DNA of 64,000 bases, from positions 67,494 through 131,493 of the forward strand of contig CAYOLO010000002.1 of the NCBI GenBank assembly GCA_964404855.1, written 5' to 3'. The notes beneath the pieces are model-generated. The model was not told the DNA's origin. It saw nothing but the letters and a program-made list of their open reading frames with translations, and did no database searches. Below, piece by piece: positions 9,440 through 19,393 of the stretch. The stretch comes from an uncultured Gammaproteobacteria bacterium (lineage in GTDB: Bacteria; Patescibacteriota; Microgenomatia; CAYQLK01). Made by a program: the position numbers and the translations under genes. Numbering within the stretch: the first letter of the stretch is position 1; each line of letters opens with the position of its first letter.

Positions 9440-11629
9440 TTAAACACTAATTTCTCTAGTGTATTTTGCTCTAGATTGTTCTAATACCTTATCTCTTCTT
9501 TCTGTTTTCGATCTTGGTAGTGGTAGGGTGTTGGCAAAGAATGGCCTTGATGCGTGCCCATCAATTAGTAGTCTTAGTAAAATTTGAAAGTTGGCAAGTG
9601 AGGTAAATTCTGGTTCTTTATAAATATCTGAAAATTCTTTTGACAGAATTGGCGCGTCTTGTGCAGAAACCAAGAATGTAACCAATGAGCCTACATTTCC
9701 TAAGATTGCACTACGAATATCCTCAGGAACCTGAGACATAAACTGATTAGCCATAATCAAACAAAGTCTGTATTTTCTGGCCTCTGATAATATTTTTGCG
9801 AATGATTCAGTCGCAAAGTTTTGAAACTCATCAACATATAAGAAGAAATCTTTTCGATCCTCTTCCTTGATTGAGACGCGATTCATGGCAGCAATTTGGA
9901 ATTTAGTAATAATCATCGCACCAAGTAGAGCTGCTGAGTCTTCACCTAAATATCCTTGTGAAAGATTAAGAAGAAGAATTTTTCCAGAATTCATTACTTC
10001 TTCAATATCGATTGTTGACTTAGGTCTGCCGACCACATTTCTAATGGTTTTACTTGATAAAAATTGCCCAACCTTGTTAAGAATTGGAGCGATTGCCTCC
10101 TCAAGTTGTCTTGGTTGAACATTGTCAATTTCGTCTCGCCAAAATCTCAATAGAACGGGGTCATCAATATACTTGAGTTTTTCTGCACGAAATTCTCTGT
10201 CCGTAAGGATTCTGGGAACGTCCATAAAAGATGAATCGGGAACATTTACCAAAGTGAGAATAGTGTTTCTTAAAATATGCTCAAGTCTCGGACCCCAAGA
10301 AAATGCAAAGAGTTTTTTGAATATTCCAATAATTCCTGAGGCGACTAATTCTTTTTGAGCCTCGTTCTTTACTTCAAGTGGGTTAATAACAAAAGTTCGA
10401 GTCTGATCGGATGGATCGAAATAGATAACGTCATTGACTCTATATGAAGGAATGTAGTCAAGTAAAATATCACAAAGATCACCGTGCGGATCAACAATCG
10501 CTAATCCCTGTCCGTTGCGAATATCATTAATCGCCATATTGGCGATAAGGGTAGATTTACCTGTTCCTGATTTACCAACTACATAGAAATGTCTACGCCT
10601 ATCAAAATGCTTAATTCCAAAGGTTTTGATCTGATTTTTGTGTACTGTACGACCAAAGTAATTGATTGTGTCTCTTTCTGGACTTTCTGCTGTCGGAAGA
10701 TTTTCTGGCGAATCAGACAAGACTGATGTGCCCCATGATAAATTTGGAAGAGTGCTGAGTGTTTTTGAAGGTAAATGCCAAAGCGAGGCGATTTCTTTAG
10801 TACTTAAGACTTGACCCGCTGGAGACTGATCAGAGGTTCGTGCATATATTGCATCAATAAATTTTTTCTTTTTTCGATTGTTAGGTTTAGATAATCTTAA
10901 TGAGTTACCATCTCCATTTGCATAACTTCCGAAAGATCCAGCGACAGAATCTATTAGTGCTTTGGCTTGTGGTTCGGTTGGTGCCGCGACAAGTAATCTA
11001 ATTGCTGAAGTAAATCCTGGTAGGGCAATTTTTTCTTCAATAATTCCTGCGTTCGACGGCTTTACTGATGTTTGTCCTTCGACTTTTGGCGGATTAAGTA
11101 ATGATTTGGCCGCACTTGCCCAACCGCTACTGGCACCAGATAAATTAATTTGGACCAATATTTGTTCGTTCGGCAGGATTTTTGACATCACGCCCAAAAC
11201 AGAAGAAAGTGGATCGACCGTGGCATCAAAGTCTTTCATTGTTCTAATTGGTAGATAAGCCGCCTTACCTAGGACTAGCTCTGCGGACATGACATAGCTC
11301 TGCAAAAACCACTCAGTTAGGTAATTTTCTGCCTCAACTGAAACAGCCTGAGGATATTGAGATACAAGTTGGCTTTCAAAAAAAGACCTTAGGCTTGTCG
11401 GCAAAATAACAAAAAATTTAATTGATTGATTAATTGTGGCGATTTCAAATGTCATCGAAGGAACCTGTCTTCGAAATAGTCTTGCGTATTTATCAAAACC
11501 AAAATTACCCCGCAAGTTAGTGAGCATTTGTACGGTCGACTCCCAAGAAACCTCAGAATCCCTTGGGACTCTAATCTCAAGAATTGTCATTCCAGGAATT
11601 TGATTAGTTCGAAAATTACTTTCAGGCAT
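9440..11629 (-). CDS. HerA/FtsK-superfamily P-loop ATPase (DUF87/AAA_10-like; VirB4/TraG-like annotation class) with ~330-aa non-TM N-terminal domain
   Basis: Walker A HFYVVGKSGTGKST, DPHGD motif, DEFQNF Walker B-like; no N-terminal TM helices; not flanked by other secretion genes. Confidence 0.55.
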   Translation of the reverse strand: MPESNFRTNQIPGMTILEIRVPRDSEVSWESTVQMLTNLRGNFGFDKYARLFRRQVPSMTFEIATINQSIKFFVILPTSLRSFFESQLVSQYPQAVSVEAENYLTEWFLQSYVMSAELVLGKAAYLPIRTMKDFDATVDPLSSVLGVMSKILPNEQILVQINLSGASSGWASAAKSLLNPPKVEGQTSVKPSNAGIIEEKIALPGFTSAIRLLVAAPTEPQAKALIDSVAGSFGSYANGDGNSLRLSKPNNRKKKKFIDAIYARTSDQSPAGQVLSTKEIASLWHLPSKTLSTLPNLSWGTSVLSDSPENLPTAESPERDTINYFGRTVHKNQIKTFGIKHFDRRRHFYVVGKSGTGKSTLIANMAINDIRNGQGLAIVDPHGDLCDILLDYIPSYRVNDVIYFDPSDQTRTFVINPLEVKNEAQKELVASGIIGIFKKLFAFSWGPRLEHILRNTILTLVNVPDSSFMDVPRILTDREFRAEKLKYIDDPVLLRFWRDEIDNVQPRQLEEAIAPILNKVGQFLSSKTIRNVVGRPKSTIDIEEVMNSGKILLLNLSQGYLGEDSAALLGAMIITKFQIAAMNRVSIKEEDRKDFFLYVDEFQNFATESFAKILSEARKYRLCLIMANQFMSQVPEDIRSAILGNVGSLVTFLVSAQDAPILSKEFSDIYKEPEFTSLANFQILLRLLIDGHASRPFFANTLPLPRSKTERRDKVLEQSRAKYTREISV

Positions 11630-11707
11630 TTTTATTAGGATTAGTTAGATGATACCAATTTTAACTCTAAACTATGATGGCCAAAACTAAAAATTTGAGA
11701 ATAAATC

Positions 11708-14140
11708 CTAAACTCCTACTGTAATGGCTTGTTTACGCTTGACTGGAGATTTTTTGTTTAAATTCCCTGATCCTCCGCCTTTTTTGGGGGATTTAAATGC
11801 AACTCTTAGTACTTCGTCGAGATGTTTTACGAAAACAAAAGTCATATCTTTTTTAACATTCTGACTGATTTCCTCAGTGTCCCTTTTGTTATCTAGTGGC
11901 AGGATTACTGTTTTTAATCCAGCTCGATGAGCAGCCAATACTTTTTCCTTAACTCCTCCAATTGGCAGTACACGACCTCTTAAGGTTATCTCACCCGTCA
12001 TGCCGACAGAACTTATACTTTTCTTTTTGGTTAATGCAGAAATAAGTGCGGTTGCAATGGCTGTTCCGGCAGATGGACCCTCTTTGGGAATACCACCTTC
12101 TGGAACATGGATATGTATATCAACCTCTTGATTGAAGTTCTTTTTTAATCCAAGTTTTTTCCATCTTGAACGAATATATGACATTGCGGCTTGAGCTGAT
12201 TCTTTCATAACATCACCAAGCTGGCCCGTAAGCATTAGTTGGCCTTTGCCGGGAATGACGGAAACTTCAATAAAAAGTATTTCTCCTCCAACATTAGTAA
12301 CAGATAATCCAGTCGCTATCCCAATATCGTCATGACTATCAGCTAGGGTGTGTTTAAATTTTTCAATACCCAAAAACTTTTCTAGGTTCTTAGATGATAC
12401 TTTTATAGATTTAATTTCGTTACTGGCGACAGCTTTTGCAAGTTTACGGCAAACGGTACCAATTTCTCTTTCCAAGTTACGGACACCTGCTTCGCGAGTA
12501 TATTTTGAAATTATTTCGCGCAGTGAGGATTCCTCAAAAATAATTTTGTCGGGTTTAAGTCCGTGATTTTTAAGTTGTTTGGGAAGAAGGAAGTTTTTGG
12601 CAATATTAAATTTCTCTTCTTCGGTATAACCTGGAAAATCAATTACTTCCATACGATCAAGTAAGGCGTCAGGTATAGTATTAAGCTGATTGGCGGTGGC
12701 AATAAACATTACGTCTGAAAGATCGTAAGGCACTTCGAGATAGTGGTCAGAAAAACTATTATTTTGTTCTGGGTCTAGGGCTTCAAGTAATGCCGCAGAT
12801 GGGTCTCCTCGATAGTTAGAGGTAACTTTGTCGATTTCATCCAACATAAAAACAGGATTTGTACTTCCGCTGTTTTTGATTCCCTGAATGATTCTTCCCG
12901 GCATTGCTCCAACATATGTACGTCTATGTCCACGAATTTCTGCTTCGTCATGAACACCGCCCAGTGACATTCTGACGAATTCACGACCAAGAGATTTGGC
13001 AATTGATTTACCAATAGAGGTTTTACCCACACCTGGAGGTCCATAAAAACATAAAATTGGTCCACGAATTTTGCCGACTAGTTTATTAACGGCCAAATAT
13101 TCAAGTATTCTCTCTTTGGCTTTTGGTAAGCCATAGTGATCTTCTTCAAGAATTTTTTCAGAGTCGTGAATATTGATAGCTTTTGTGGATTTTGGTTGCC
13201 AAGGCATCTCTATTAATGTTTCAAGGTATGTTCTGATGTAGGCTGACTCGGGATTATATGAAGACATTTTGGCGAGTCTGCCAAGTTCTTTTTTGGCTTT
13301 TTTCTCGACATCTTTTGGCATATGAGCGTTTTTTATTTGTTCTTCAAGTTCGTCAATTTCCCTTTGATCATCATCCTCGCCTAACTCTTTTTCAATAGAT
13401 CTCATTTTTTCCCTGAGGATTGCTTCTTTTGTGACCTTACCAACTCGCTCCTGCGTTTCGGTATCAATTTTTTGATTAATTTCTAATATTCTAATTTCTT
13501 TCTGAAGGATTTCTGACAATCTTTCAAGGCGTTTTCTAATATCTACCATCTCCAAAATCTGTTGTTTTTCTACGGTTTTAAGATCCGCCAAATTTGCAGT
13601 AATAATATTTACAATTTGATTTGCATCCTCACTCGAGAATGCAGAAATCGATGCTTCGATAGAAATCGGCCCTCCAAGCTCAGCATAGGTGCGAATTTTA
13701 TTTTGTATATTTCTGACTAACGCGTCTACATCTTCCGCATTTTCTGCAAATTGAGGAATTTCCTCAACTTTGACTTTCATAAATGGCTCAACTTGGGTAA
13801 ATTCTTTAAGATAAACCCTGCTTAAGCCTTCAACGGCCGTATGATATTCGTTGTCTGATTTCCAGATTCTTCTAATCGCACAAACAGTACCAACCTGATA
13901 AATATCATTTGGTCCGGGATTGTCGACAGACTCACTTTTTTGTGCAACAAAAATCGCCAGCCCAGAGGTGGTTGTGGCCTCATCAATCGCTTTTTTGATT
14001 TTCGGTCTGGAAAATTGCAATAACGGAATAATCGAATTCGGGAAAACAACATCTTTCCTTAATGGTAGAACCACTAGTTCATCGGGGATTTTAATTTTTG
14101 TCTGGGTTAATGTTACCTCTGCCATAGTGTTAATTAGCAC
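11708..14140 (-). CDS. lon: ATP-dependent Lon protease
   Basis: AAA+ motif [23 protein letters not shown]; catalytic-serine motif [20 protein letters not shown]; 810 aa. Confidence 0.9.
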   Translation of the reverse strand: MLINTMAEVTLTQTKIKIPDELVVLPLRKDVVFPNSIIPLLQFSRPKIKKAIDEATTTSGLAIFVAQKSESVDNPGPNDIYQVGTVCAIRRIWKSDNEYHTAVEGLSRVYLKEFTQVEPFMKVKVEEIPQFAENAEDVDALVRNIQNKIRTYAELGGPISIEASISAFSSEDANQIVNIITANLADLKTVEKQQILEMVDIRKRLERLSEILQKEIRILEINQKIDTETQERVGKVTKEAILREKMRSIEKELGEDDDQREIDELEEQIKNAHMPKDVEKKAKKELGRLAKMSSYNPESAYIRTYLETLIEMPWQPKSTKAINIHDSEKILEEDHYGLPKAKERILEYLAVNKLVGKIRGPILCFYGPPGVGKTSIGKSIAKSLGREFVRMSLGGVHDEAEIRGHRRTYVGAMPGRIIQGIKNSGSTNPVFMLDEIDKVTSNYRGDPSAALLEALDPEQNNSFSDHYLEVPYDLSDVMFIATANQLNTIPDALLDRMEVIDFPGYTEEEKFNIAKNFLLPKQLKNHGLKPDKIIFEESSLREIISKYTREAGVRNLEREIGTVCRKLAKAVASNEIKSIKVSSKNLEKFLGIEKFKHTLADSHDDIGIATGLSVTNVGGEILFIEVSVIPGKGQLMLTGQLGDVMKESAQAAMSYIRSRWKKLGLKKNFNQEVDIHIHVPEGGIPKEGPSAGTAIATALISALTKKKSISSVGMTGEITLRGRVLPIGGVKEKVLAAHRAGLKTVILPLDNKRDTEEISQNVKKDMTFVFVKHLDEVLRVAFKSPKKGGGSGNLNKKSPVKRKQAITVGV

Positions 14141-14167
14141 TTATATTAATATGAGTGCTAGATTTTG

Positions 14168-14935
14168 TCAACGGCTAAATGTTCCAAATATTCTCTGCTT
14201 AATAACTAAAAATGCACCAACGAATATTAAACTTATACTTAATAGATCTGCAATTTTTAATCCACCTTGTTGCCAGGTATCAATTCTAAAATGTTCTGTA
14301 ATTAATCTTGTTATTCCATAAAAAACTAAATAGAAAGCAAAAACTAATCCATGGTGCTGTTTTTTTTTATTAAAAATTAATACCAGTATAAAGGCAAAAA
14401 ATATGGCCAAAAGTGACTCGTATAAAAAAGTAGGATGGAAATATTCAAAGTTTTCAAATCCAGCAAGTCTATTGGTAGGGTCAATTTTTATTGCCCACGG
14501 TAAATTGCTTGGGTACCCATAAGCTTCCTGATTAAAATAGTTTCCCCATCTTCCAATTGCCTGAGCTAACAATACACTGGGGGTAATTACATCAAGTATT
14601 GGCAGGATTTTCTGTTTTTTTGATTTACAAAACACAACTAATGCAATTAAGGCTAAGATTAGACCACCATATATTCCTACCCCTCCATTCCAGATTTTTA
14701 TTATGTCTATTGGATTTTTTGAATAATAATTCCACTCGTCTAATACATGATAAAATCTTGCACCAATTAGACCAAAAATTAAAACTATATATAAGGTAGC
14801 TTCCAGATGCTTTTTATCAACTTTGGATAAGCTGGCTAATTTTCCAATTAGAAGATATGCAGACAATACTGCTAGTGAAAAAATAATTCCATAAAGCCGT
14901 ATTGTTAACTCACCGATTTGAATTGAATGAGGCAT
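14168..14935 (-). CDS. lgt: Prolipoprotein diacylglyceryl transferase
   Basis: Polytopic; GARFYHVL, IWNGGVGIYGG, YLVFYGITRLITEHFR motifs typical of Lgt. Confidence 0.85.
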   Translation of the reverse strand: MPHSIQIGELTIRLYGIIFSLAVLSAYLLIGKLASLSKVDKKHLEATLYIVLIFGLIGARFYHVLDEWNYYSKNPIDIIKIWNGGVGIYGGLILALIALVVFCKSKKQKILPILDVITPSVLLAQAIGRWGNYFNQEAYGYPSNLPWAIKIDPTNRLAGFENFEYFHPTFLYESLLAIFFAFILVLIFNKKKQHHGLVFAFYLVFYGITRLITEHFRIDTWQQGGLKIADLLSISLIFVGAFLVIKQRIFGTFSR

Positions 14936-15542
14936 AATTTATTTTTTTTATAAAAATTAAAATCAATAATAATGAAACAAATATTGTAGTTGCGGCACTA
15001 AAAACAATTAATCTACCAAAAAATTCATCAGGATAAAGCTTGATTAACATATCATTCGGATCTAGCATCCACAAGTCATTGGTATAAAAAATGTGGTGAA
15101 ATTTAATAAATAAAAAATCAAAAACTTTTTTTCCTGTTACTCCCAGAATTAAATAAAATGTAATAGCTAGAATCGGGCCTGATAAAAGTATTTTTTTAGT
15201 TAATTTGGCGCGTTCTAAATAGAAAAATATTAGCGAAATTAGACAAACAATAATTGGAATAGCTATTGCTCTTTGATAAATATCGCGAACATCAAACATG
15301 TGTATAACTGCCCTCTCAGACATAATCTCTACAGGTAATGAATTGCCATGCAATAAAAAGTCAGTAATTTTTTTTGAAGTTTGTATAGATTTTTCAAGAT
15401 CCGTTTTTTGTATGTTGATATTTTGCGAAAAATGATATCTATAAAAAAAACTGTTTTGTGATACAAAAATTATTGGATAAATTGTCAAAATCAAAAATAG
15501 TCCGATTATTAAAAGTGTCGGTAATAAAAAATTTGTTTTCAT
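14910..15542 (-). CDS. Hypothetical integral membrane protein
   Basis: Multiple hydrophobic helices; 26-nt overlap with lgt. Confidence 0.45.
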   Translation of the reverse strand: MKTNFLLPTLLIIGLFLILTIYPIIFVSQNSFFYRYHFSQNINIQKTDLEKSIQTSKKITDFLLHGNSLPVEIMSERAVIHMFDVRDIYQRAIAIPIIVCLISLIFFYLERAKLTKKILLSGPILAITFYLILGVTGKKVFDFLFIKFHHIFYTNDLWMLDPNDMLIKLYPDEFFGRLIVFSAATTIFVSLLLILIFIKKINYASFNSNR

Positions 15543-15856
15543 AGTAGGTTACTAAATAATGGTATTTAGAGTATTGTTGAGAGGGAAAAAACAGTATAAG
15601 TCGAAAGTATTTTATATTTGACTCAATTATAGAGCTTGATCTGTTTGGATACACACACAAGAAGTTTGTTTATTTTAATAATCTTATTACTTTCTTGTTT
15701 TTTAAATCCTATAGTTTGAAATACATTCGAGATTGATGTAAAATTTTTTGGCTTAATACGCATATTAACTAATTGGAGTGGTGATTGGTTTAATTTTTAA
15801 TCGGAAAATTCAGTCATAGTTAGGTGGCGGGGGCTTAGGCAAAGGAGCAAGTAGCC

Positions 15857-16114
15857 TTGGGTCCCGAATCTGAACTAACTGGCGAACTCTTAGCTCTTAC
15901 TGATGAACTAGAAATGTTCATCAATAAGCAAATCGACCGCTACTTTACGGCAGGCGAAATCCGAATCGACCTTGGTCGAAAGGCAGGAAAGTATCTTGTC
16001 CGGGAAAGATTAAAACAAAAATACCTCGATGCCGGCTGGGGGAATGTCGAGTTTCTCCTTCGTAGTGGAGGTGCAGTTAGGATTGTGCTGTGTGAAAAGC
16101 GAGCAGTCAAGTAG
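15857..16114 (+). CDS. Small hypothetical protein in a high-GC insert (TTG start, strong SD)
   Basis: AAAGGAG at 15841-15847, 9 nt before TTG at 15857; 85 codons; G+C visibly higher than flanks. Confidence 0.4.
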   Translation: MGPESELTGELLALTDELEMFINKQIDRYFTAGEIRIDLGRKAGKYLVRERLKQKYLDAGWGNVEFLLRSGGAVRIVLCEKRAVK

Positions 16115-16115
16115 A

Positions 16116-16274
16116 TTGACTGGGTGGTTAAATAATTTTGTTGGACTTGTTGGAGTTGGACTTTTCCTGCTTACACCAACGGTTACGATGATACTGTTTT
16201 GCCATCTGATACTTACAAGTGTTCGGCGTGTTTTGGGCCAACTAACAAAGTCTAGGACAGCTGAACTTAAGTAA
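16116..16274 (+). CDS. Small hydrophobic peptide (~52 aa) translationally coupled to the preceding ORF
   Basis: TTG one nt after upstream TAG; LTGWLNNFVGLVGVGLFLLTPTVTMILFCHLIL single TM segment; followed by a hairpin. Confidence 0.3.
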   Translation: MTGWLNNFVGLVGVGLFLLTPTVTMILFCHLILTSVRRVLGQLTKSRTAELK

Positions 16275-16281
16275 AAATTCT

Positions 16282-16327
16282 ACCCGCATGTTGTGATACA
16301 TAAATTTCATGACATGCGGGTATTTGA
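16282..16327 (+). terminator. Hairpin ACCCGCATG(23 nt)CATGCGGGT followed by T-rich tract; likely terminator of the GC-rich mini cassette
   Basis: Perfect 9-bp inverted repeat at 16282-16290 and 16313-16321, then TATTTGATATAATTTTTG. Confidence 0.45.
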
Positions 16328-16340
16328 TATAATTTTTGTA

Positions 16341-17123
16341 ATGGATCAGCCAACAAATATTAATAACCAACAGCAGACACAAACTCAAAGTGTAACGCCA
16401 AATCAAGTGCAAAATAATTTAGAACATCTTCCTCATCCAAATTTAGACAATCAAACTACAAGAAGAAATAGTATTAAGTGGATGCTTCATATATTAGTAC
16501 CAGTTCTAGTGTTTGTACTATATTTGGTGACTTACAATAAGTTCAAAATCACTGTTAGTGAAATGATTAAAACAACTGGCTTGTGGTCTATAACACTTTT
16601 ATCAGTTACATTACTTGTGGGTCCGCTGTCAAAATATATTAAGATATTTAATCAATTAAAAATCCACAGAAAGTTTTGGGGAATTACTTCATTCTGCGTT
16701 GCGATTACTCATTTTGTTTTGGTTTTGCACAAGTATTATCAATGGGACATTGTGGGTTTATTAAGTTTTAGTAATCCAAAGGTTGCACCTGTATGGGCTG
16801 GATTAATTGCGACAATCCTGTTGTTTTTGATAACAATTACTTCAAACAAGAAATCAATAGAAGTAATGGGTCCAAAGAAATGGAAGTTGTTCCAAACAAT
16901 GTCGTATTTGGCTTTGGGATTTGTGATATTACACTTCTATCTTGCAGAAACAAAAGACGGAGTATTGGTAATCAAAAGGTTTATGGGCCGGTTTGCTCTA
17001 GTTTTTGGAATTATTGCAATTTTAGTTCGTCTTGTTGTTTTTGTTCATGTGGAAATTTCAAAAAAGAAAAATAAAAATCAACAGACTGTTTCGGTACCTA
17101 CAGTTTTAACGGAAAAAATTTGA
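16341..17123 (+). CDS. Ferric-reductase-like transmembrane domain protein (YedZ/MsrQ-like topology); Q/N-rich N-terminus
   Basis: ORF track starts at GTG 16293 inside the hairpin; first ATG in frame outside the hairpin is 16341 (MDQPTNINNQQQ). TM helices with conserved His (ITHFVLVLHKYY, ILHFYL). Confidence 0.5.
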   Translation: MDQPTNINNQQQTQTQSVTPNQVQNNLEHLPHPNLDNQTTRRNSIKWMLHILVPVLVFVLYLVTYNKFKITVSEMIKTTGLWSITLLSVTLLVGPLSKYIKIFNQLKIHRKFWGITSFCVAITHFVLVLHKYYQWDIVGLLSFSNPKVAPVWAGLIATILLFLITITSNKKSIEVMGPKKWKLFQTMSYLALGFVILHFYLAETKDGVLVIKRFMGRFALVFGIIAILVRLVVFVHVEISKKKNKNQQTVSVPTVLTEKI

Positions 17124-17566
17124 TGATTGAGTTTGTAGATAAATTCCCACTGTTTATTCATTTAATTTCAACGATCGTTGGTTTTGGTGCGGTAATAGTA
17201 ATAGATGTCTGGGGGTTTTTGTGGATTATTAATAAACAAAAACTATCTCAAGTTATGTCTGTAGCCAAAGTAACACAGATATTGATTTGGATTGGTTTTT
17301 TTAGTTTAATCCTGTCGGGATTATTTTTGGGAGCACATTATGATAAACCAAGAACCCAATTAAAAATTGGTTTAGTAATCTTATTGGGTATTAACGGATT
17401 ATATTTAGAATATATTAAGAGATGGGCAAAAAAATTAGGGGACATAGAGTTTACGAAGGCACCAAAAATGTTTAAGGTTCAAATTGGAATGGCTTCGATT
17501 GTTTCACAAATTGGATGGTGGGGGACAATATTAATTGGATTTTTGACAGCAAATAGAATTTTCTAG
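17120..17566 (+). CDS. Hypothetical integral membrane protein
   Basis: 148 aa, four predicted TM segments, 4-nt overlap with upstream gene. Confidence 0.45.
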   Translation: MMIEFVDKFPLFIHLISTIVGFGAVIVIDVWGFLWIINKQKLSQVMSVAKVTQILIWIGFFSLILSGLFLGAHYDKPRTQLKIGLVILLGINGLYLEYIKRWAKKLGDIEFTKAPKMFKVQIGMASIVSQIGWWGTILIGFLTANRIF

Positions 17567-17604
17567 TAAAAAAATCCCGTCTAAGATTAGCTCTTAAACG
17601 GGAT
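17567..17604 (-). terminator. Intrinsic terminator downstream of the aldolase gene
   Basis: ATCCCGT(16 nt)ACGGGAT stem at 17574-17580 and 17598-17604; on minus strand followed by TTTTTTT (plus A-run 17567-17573). Confidence 0.6.
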
Positions 17605-17620
17605 ACTAGTTGGTCGGATT

Positions 17621-18628
17621 TCAGGCGACAGAAGCTGCGCTGGTCTGCCGGCACTTCTCGATAAAAACTGCCTGAGCCTTTGCGATGTTTGCTTCGTCTC
17701 CAGCCCAAGCCGACAAAGCCTTGCGCTGTAGGCCACGACCGAAGGATGCACAACTCATCCTCTGAGTGACCATCTGTTCGCGAGCGTGCCTTGAGATGGC
17801 AGCGAGATTTTCATCCGCCTCTTCATCGCCCTGTCCTCCAGAGAGGAAAGCTATACCTGCGACGTCGGTAGGGACAGTTGAGAGAAGCGTTCGAACTGTA
17901 CGCATGGCCACATCAGGCGAACCCGCGCGATTTTCGGCCGACTGGCCTGAGGTCACCATCGAAGGTTTGAGAATCATTCCCTCGTAGTCGATGCCGGCCT
18001 GTTCGAGCCGGCCAAAGACCGCGGACAAGACTTCGCACGACGCGTCTTCGCAGGTTCCGATGTCGTGCGTGCCCTTGAAATCGACCTCTGGTTCAACCAT
18101 CGGCACGAGCCCGACGCTTTGACAGATCCTTGCGAACTCTGCTTGCGCGAAGGCGTTGAGCAGAATGCATTCGTCCGTCGGCAGCTGAAGCTCATTGCCA
18201 GTGATTGAAAAGAGGCTGCGGAACTTGGTCGCCCGAGCACCTTGCCTAGCATAAAGCTCTAGGCGTGGCACGAGCTTGTCGGCGAAGAAGCCTTTGACGA
18301 TTTTCTCGCCGTTGGGTCCGTAATCAGCCAAGCCTTGGTCGATCTTGACGACGGGGATGATACCCTTACCGGTCAAAATCTCAACCAGCTCAGGATTGGC
18401 GAGCGTTTCCTCAAAGAGGATGGTGGCCGCGACGTAGTTCTCAATGCCGGCTGCGGTAAAAAGCAGCCCGCGAAACGCGTTGCGGTTTTCGGCGGTGTTA
18501 GGAAGACCGACTGAACTAAGCCGATCCCCCATTGTGCCGGTTGATTCATCGGCAGCAAGGATAACCTTGGGAGCCTGGACCATGGCGCGAGCTGTTGCTC
18601 GCAAGGCTGAAATTGCGGTTGCAGTCAT
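17621..18628 (-). CDS. Fructose-bisphosphate aldolase, class I (high-GC, likely horizontally acquired)
   Basis: ILAADESTGTMGDRL and Schiff-base Lys context MILKPSMVTSG typical of class I FBA; gene far more G+C-rich than surroundings. Confidence 0.85.
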   Translation of the reverse strand: MTATAISALRATARAMVQAPKVILAADESTGTMGDRLSSVGLPNTAENRNAFRGLLFTAAGIENYVAATILFEETLANPELVEILTGKGIIPVVKIDQGLADYGPNGEKIVKGFFADKLVPRLELYARQGARATKFRSLFSITGNELQLPTDECILLNAFAQAEFARICQSVGLVPMVEPEVDFKGTHDIGTCEDASCEVLSAVFGRLEQAGIDYEGMILKPSMVTSGQSAENRAGSPDVAMRTVRTLLSTVPTDVAGIAFLSGGQGDEEADENLAAISRHAREQMVTQRMSCASFGRGLQRKALSAWAGDEANIAKAQAVFIEKCRQTSAASVA

Positions 18629-18672
18629 GGGTAGGAACTATCTCCTTGTGAAAGTACAAAATCCGATTGATA

Positions 18673-18700
18673 ATTATAGGTTATTAGAAATTATTGTCAA
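18673..18700 (-). promoter_or_regulatory. Sigma70-like promoter TTGACA-16-TATAAT for the aldolase gene
   Basis: Minus-strand TTGACA (plus 18695-18700), 16-nt spacer, TATAAT (plus 18673-18678), about 45 nt upstream of the aldolase ATG; -35 lies inside repeat R1. Confidence 0.45.
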
Positions 18701-18861
18701 ATGTAAAGGTTTATAGTTACTCGCTTGAAAACGTCACAAAACTGGGTCCCCCATTTTGTTTCCTTTTTCAAGCTACGCCCTGCGTTTCAGGAAACCTGAA
18801 ACTAAGAATATTTGTAGCGATTGTCAAATATAGAGGGATTATAGTTACTCGCTTGAAATCG
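18693..18861. repeat. Two direct repeats of 41-42 bp (ATTGTCAAAT.TA.AGG..TTATAGTTACTCGCTTGAAA.CG) about 127 bp apart, plus shorter degenerate sub-repeats downstream
   Basis: R1 18693-18733 and R2 18820-18861 differ at about 5 positions and one indel; further GCCTGCGTTT..GGA.AC..AAACTAA-like sub-repeats to ~18980. Confidence 0.6.
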
Positions 18862-18987
18862 CAAAATACTTCGAGTCCTTCGAAATTTTTGTAAGTGCTA
18901 GTTTTCTGACGAAAACTACGCCTCGGTTTTGATTCTCAAAAACTCAGTTTGAACTTCGAGCCTGCGTTTTTGGAGACTTAAAACTAA

Positions 18988-19017
18988 AAAAAACCCCGCT
19001 TTTTTTATTGGCGGGGA
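18988..19017 (-). terminator. Intrinsic terminator for the minus-strand Cys-rich ORF
   Basis: CCCCGC/GCGGGG stem (18995-19000, 19012-19017) with A7 run on plus strand, i.e. U-run on minus-strand RNA. Confidence 0.55.
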
Positions 19018-19048
19018 AAGACGAATTCTGGACTTTAGCTTGCCCTTA

Positions 19049-19393
19049 TCAGGCAGCTATTGGATGGCGATTGCGCTTTTCGGCAGTTGCGAGGAGTGTT
19101 TGATATTTCGTGATATCCTCCGTGCCTCGGCACTGATCGGGGTTTTCGGCACCGCAGTCGCCCATGCAACCCCACTCGCCGCAGAGGGCTTCGTAAGTTT
19201 GGCGAGCTCTTGAAATCGAATTTTCGAGACATTCTTCGCACTCGTTGTGCGGAAGAATGAGGGCGTCAATGAAGCCGTCCTCTACGCGCTTCTTGCAATC
19301 AGCCTCGAGCTCGGACCCAACTGCGGCGTTGTAGACGTGTCCCGAAAGACACTGAACTTGATGGGTTGGAAGAGTGTGAACTGACAAAGACAA
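19049..19393 (-). CDS. Cys-rich hypothetical protein in high-GC DNA (TTG start; possibly metal-binding)
   Basis: HNECEEC and CGEWGCMGDCGAENPDQC clusters; longest of three overlapping frames in GC-rich DNA, so reality uncertain. Confidence 0.35.
   Translation of the reverse strand: MSLSVHTLPTHQVQCLSGHVYNAAVGSELEADCKKRVEDGFIDALILPHNECEECLENSISRARQTYEALCGEWGCMGDCGAENPDQCRGTEDITKYQTLLATAEKRNRHPIAA

Noticed and set aside
15830-16280. High-GC block as a structured RNA (RNase P RNA, tmRNA, SRP or 6S)
   Set aside because: No P4 GGAAAGTCCGGGCUC-like core, no tmRNA tRNA-like 5'/3' ends and no SRP domain IV motif. The block instead has a good SD with coherent ORFs, so it is treated as a small protein cassette.
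18693-18861. Possible CRISPR array (these repeats or the tRNA half-copies at 42207-42300)
   Set aside because: There are only two copies, the intervals are unequal and partly homologous to each other, the repeats are not palindromic and no cas genes are present. They are better explained as promoter-region duplications or att remnants.
19035-19269. Alternative minus-strand frames (68 and 70 aa) overlapping the Cys-rich ORF
   Set aside because: These are shorter Arg/Ser-rich artefact frames in GC-rich DNA, and only the longest Cys-rich frame was kept, at low confidence.
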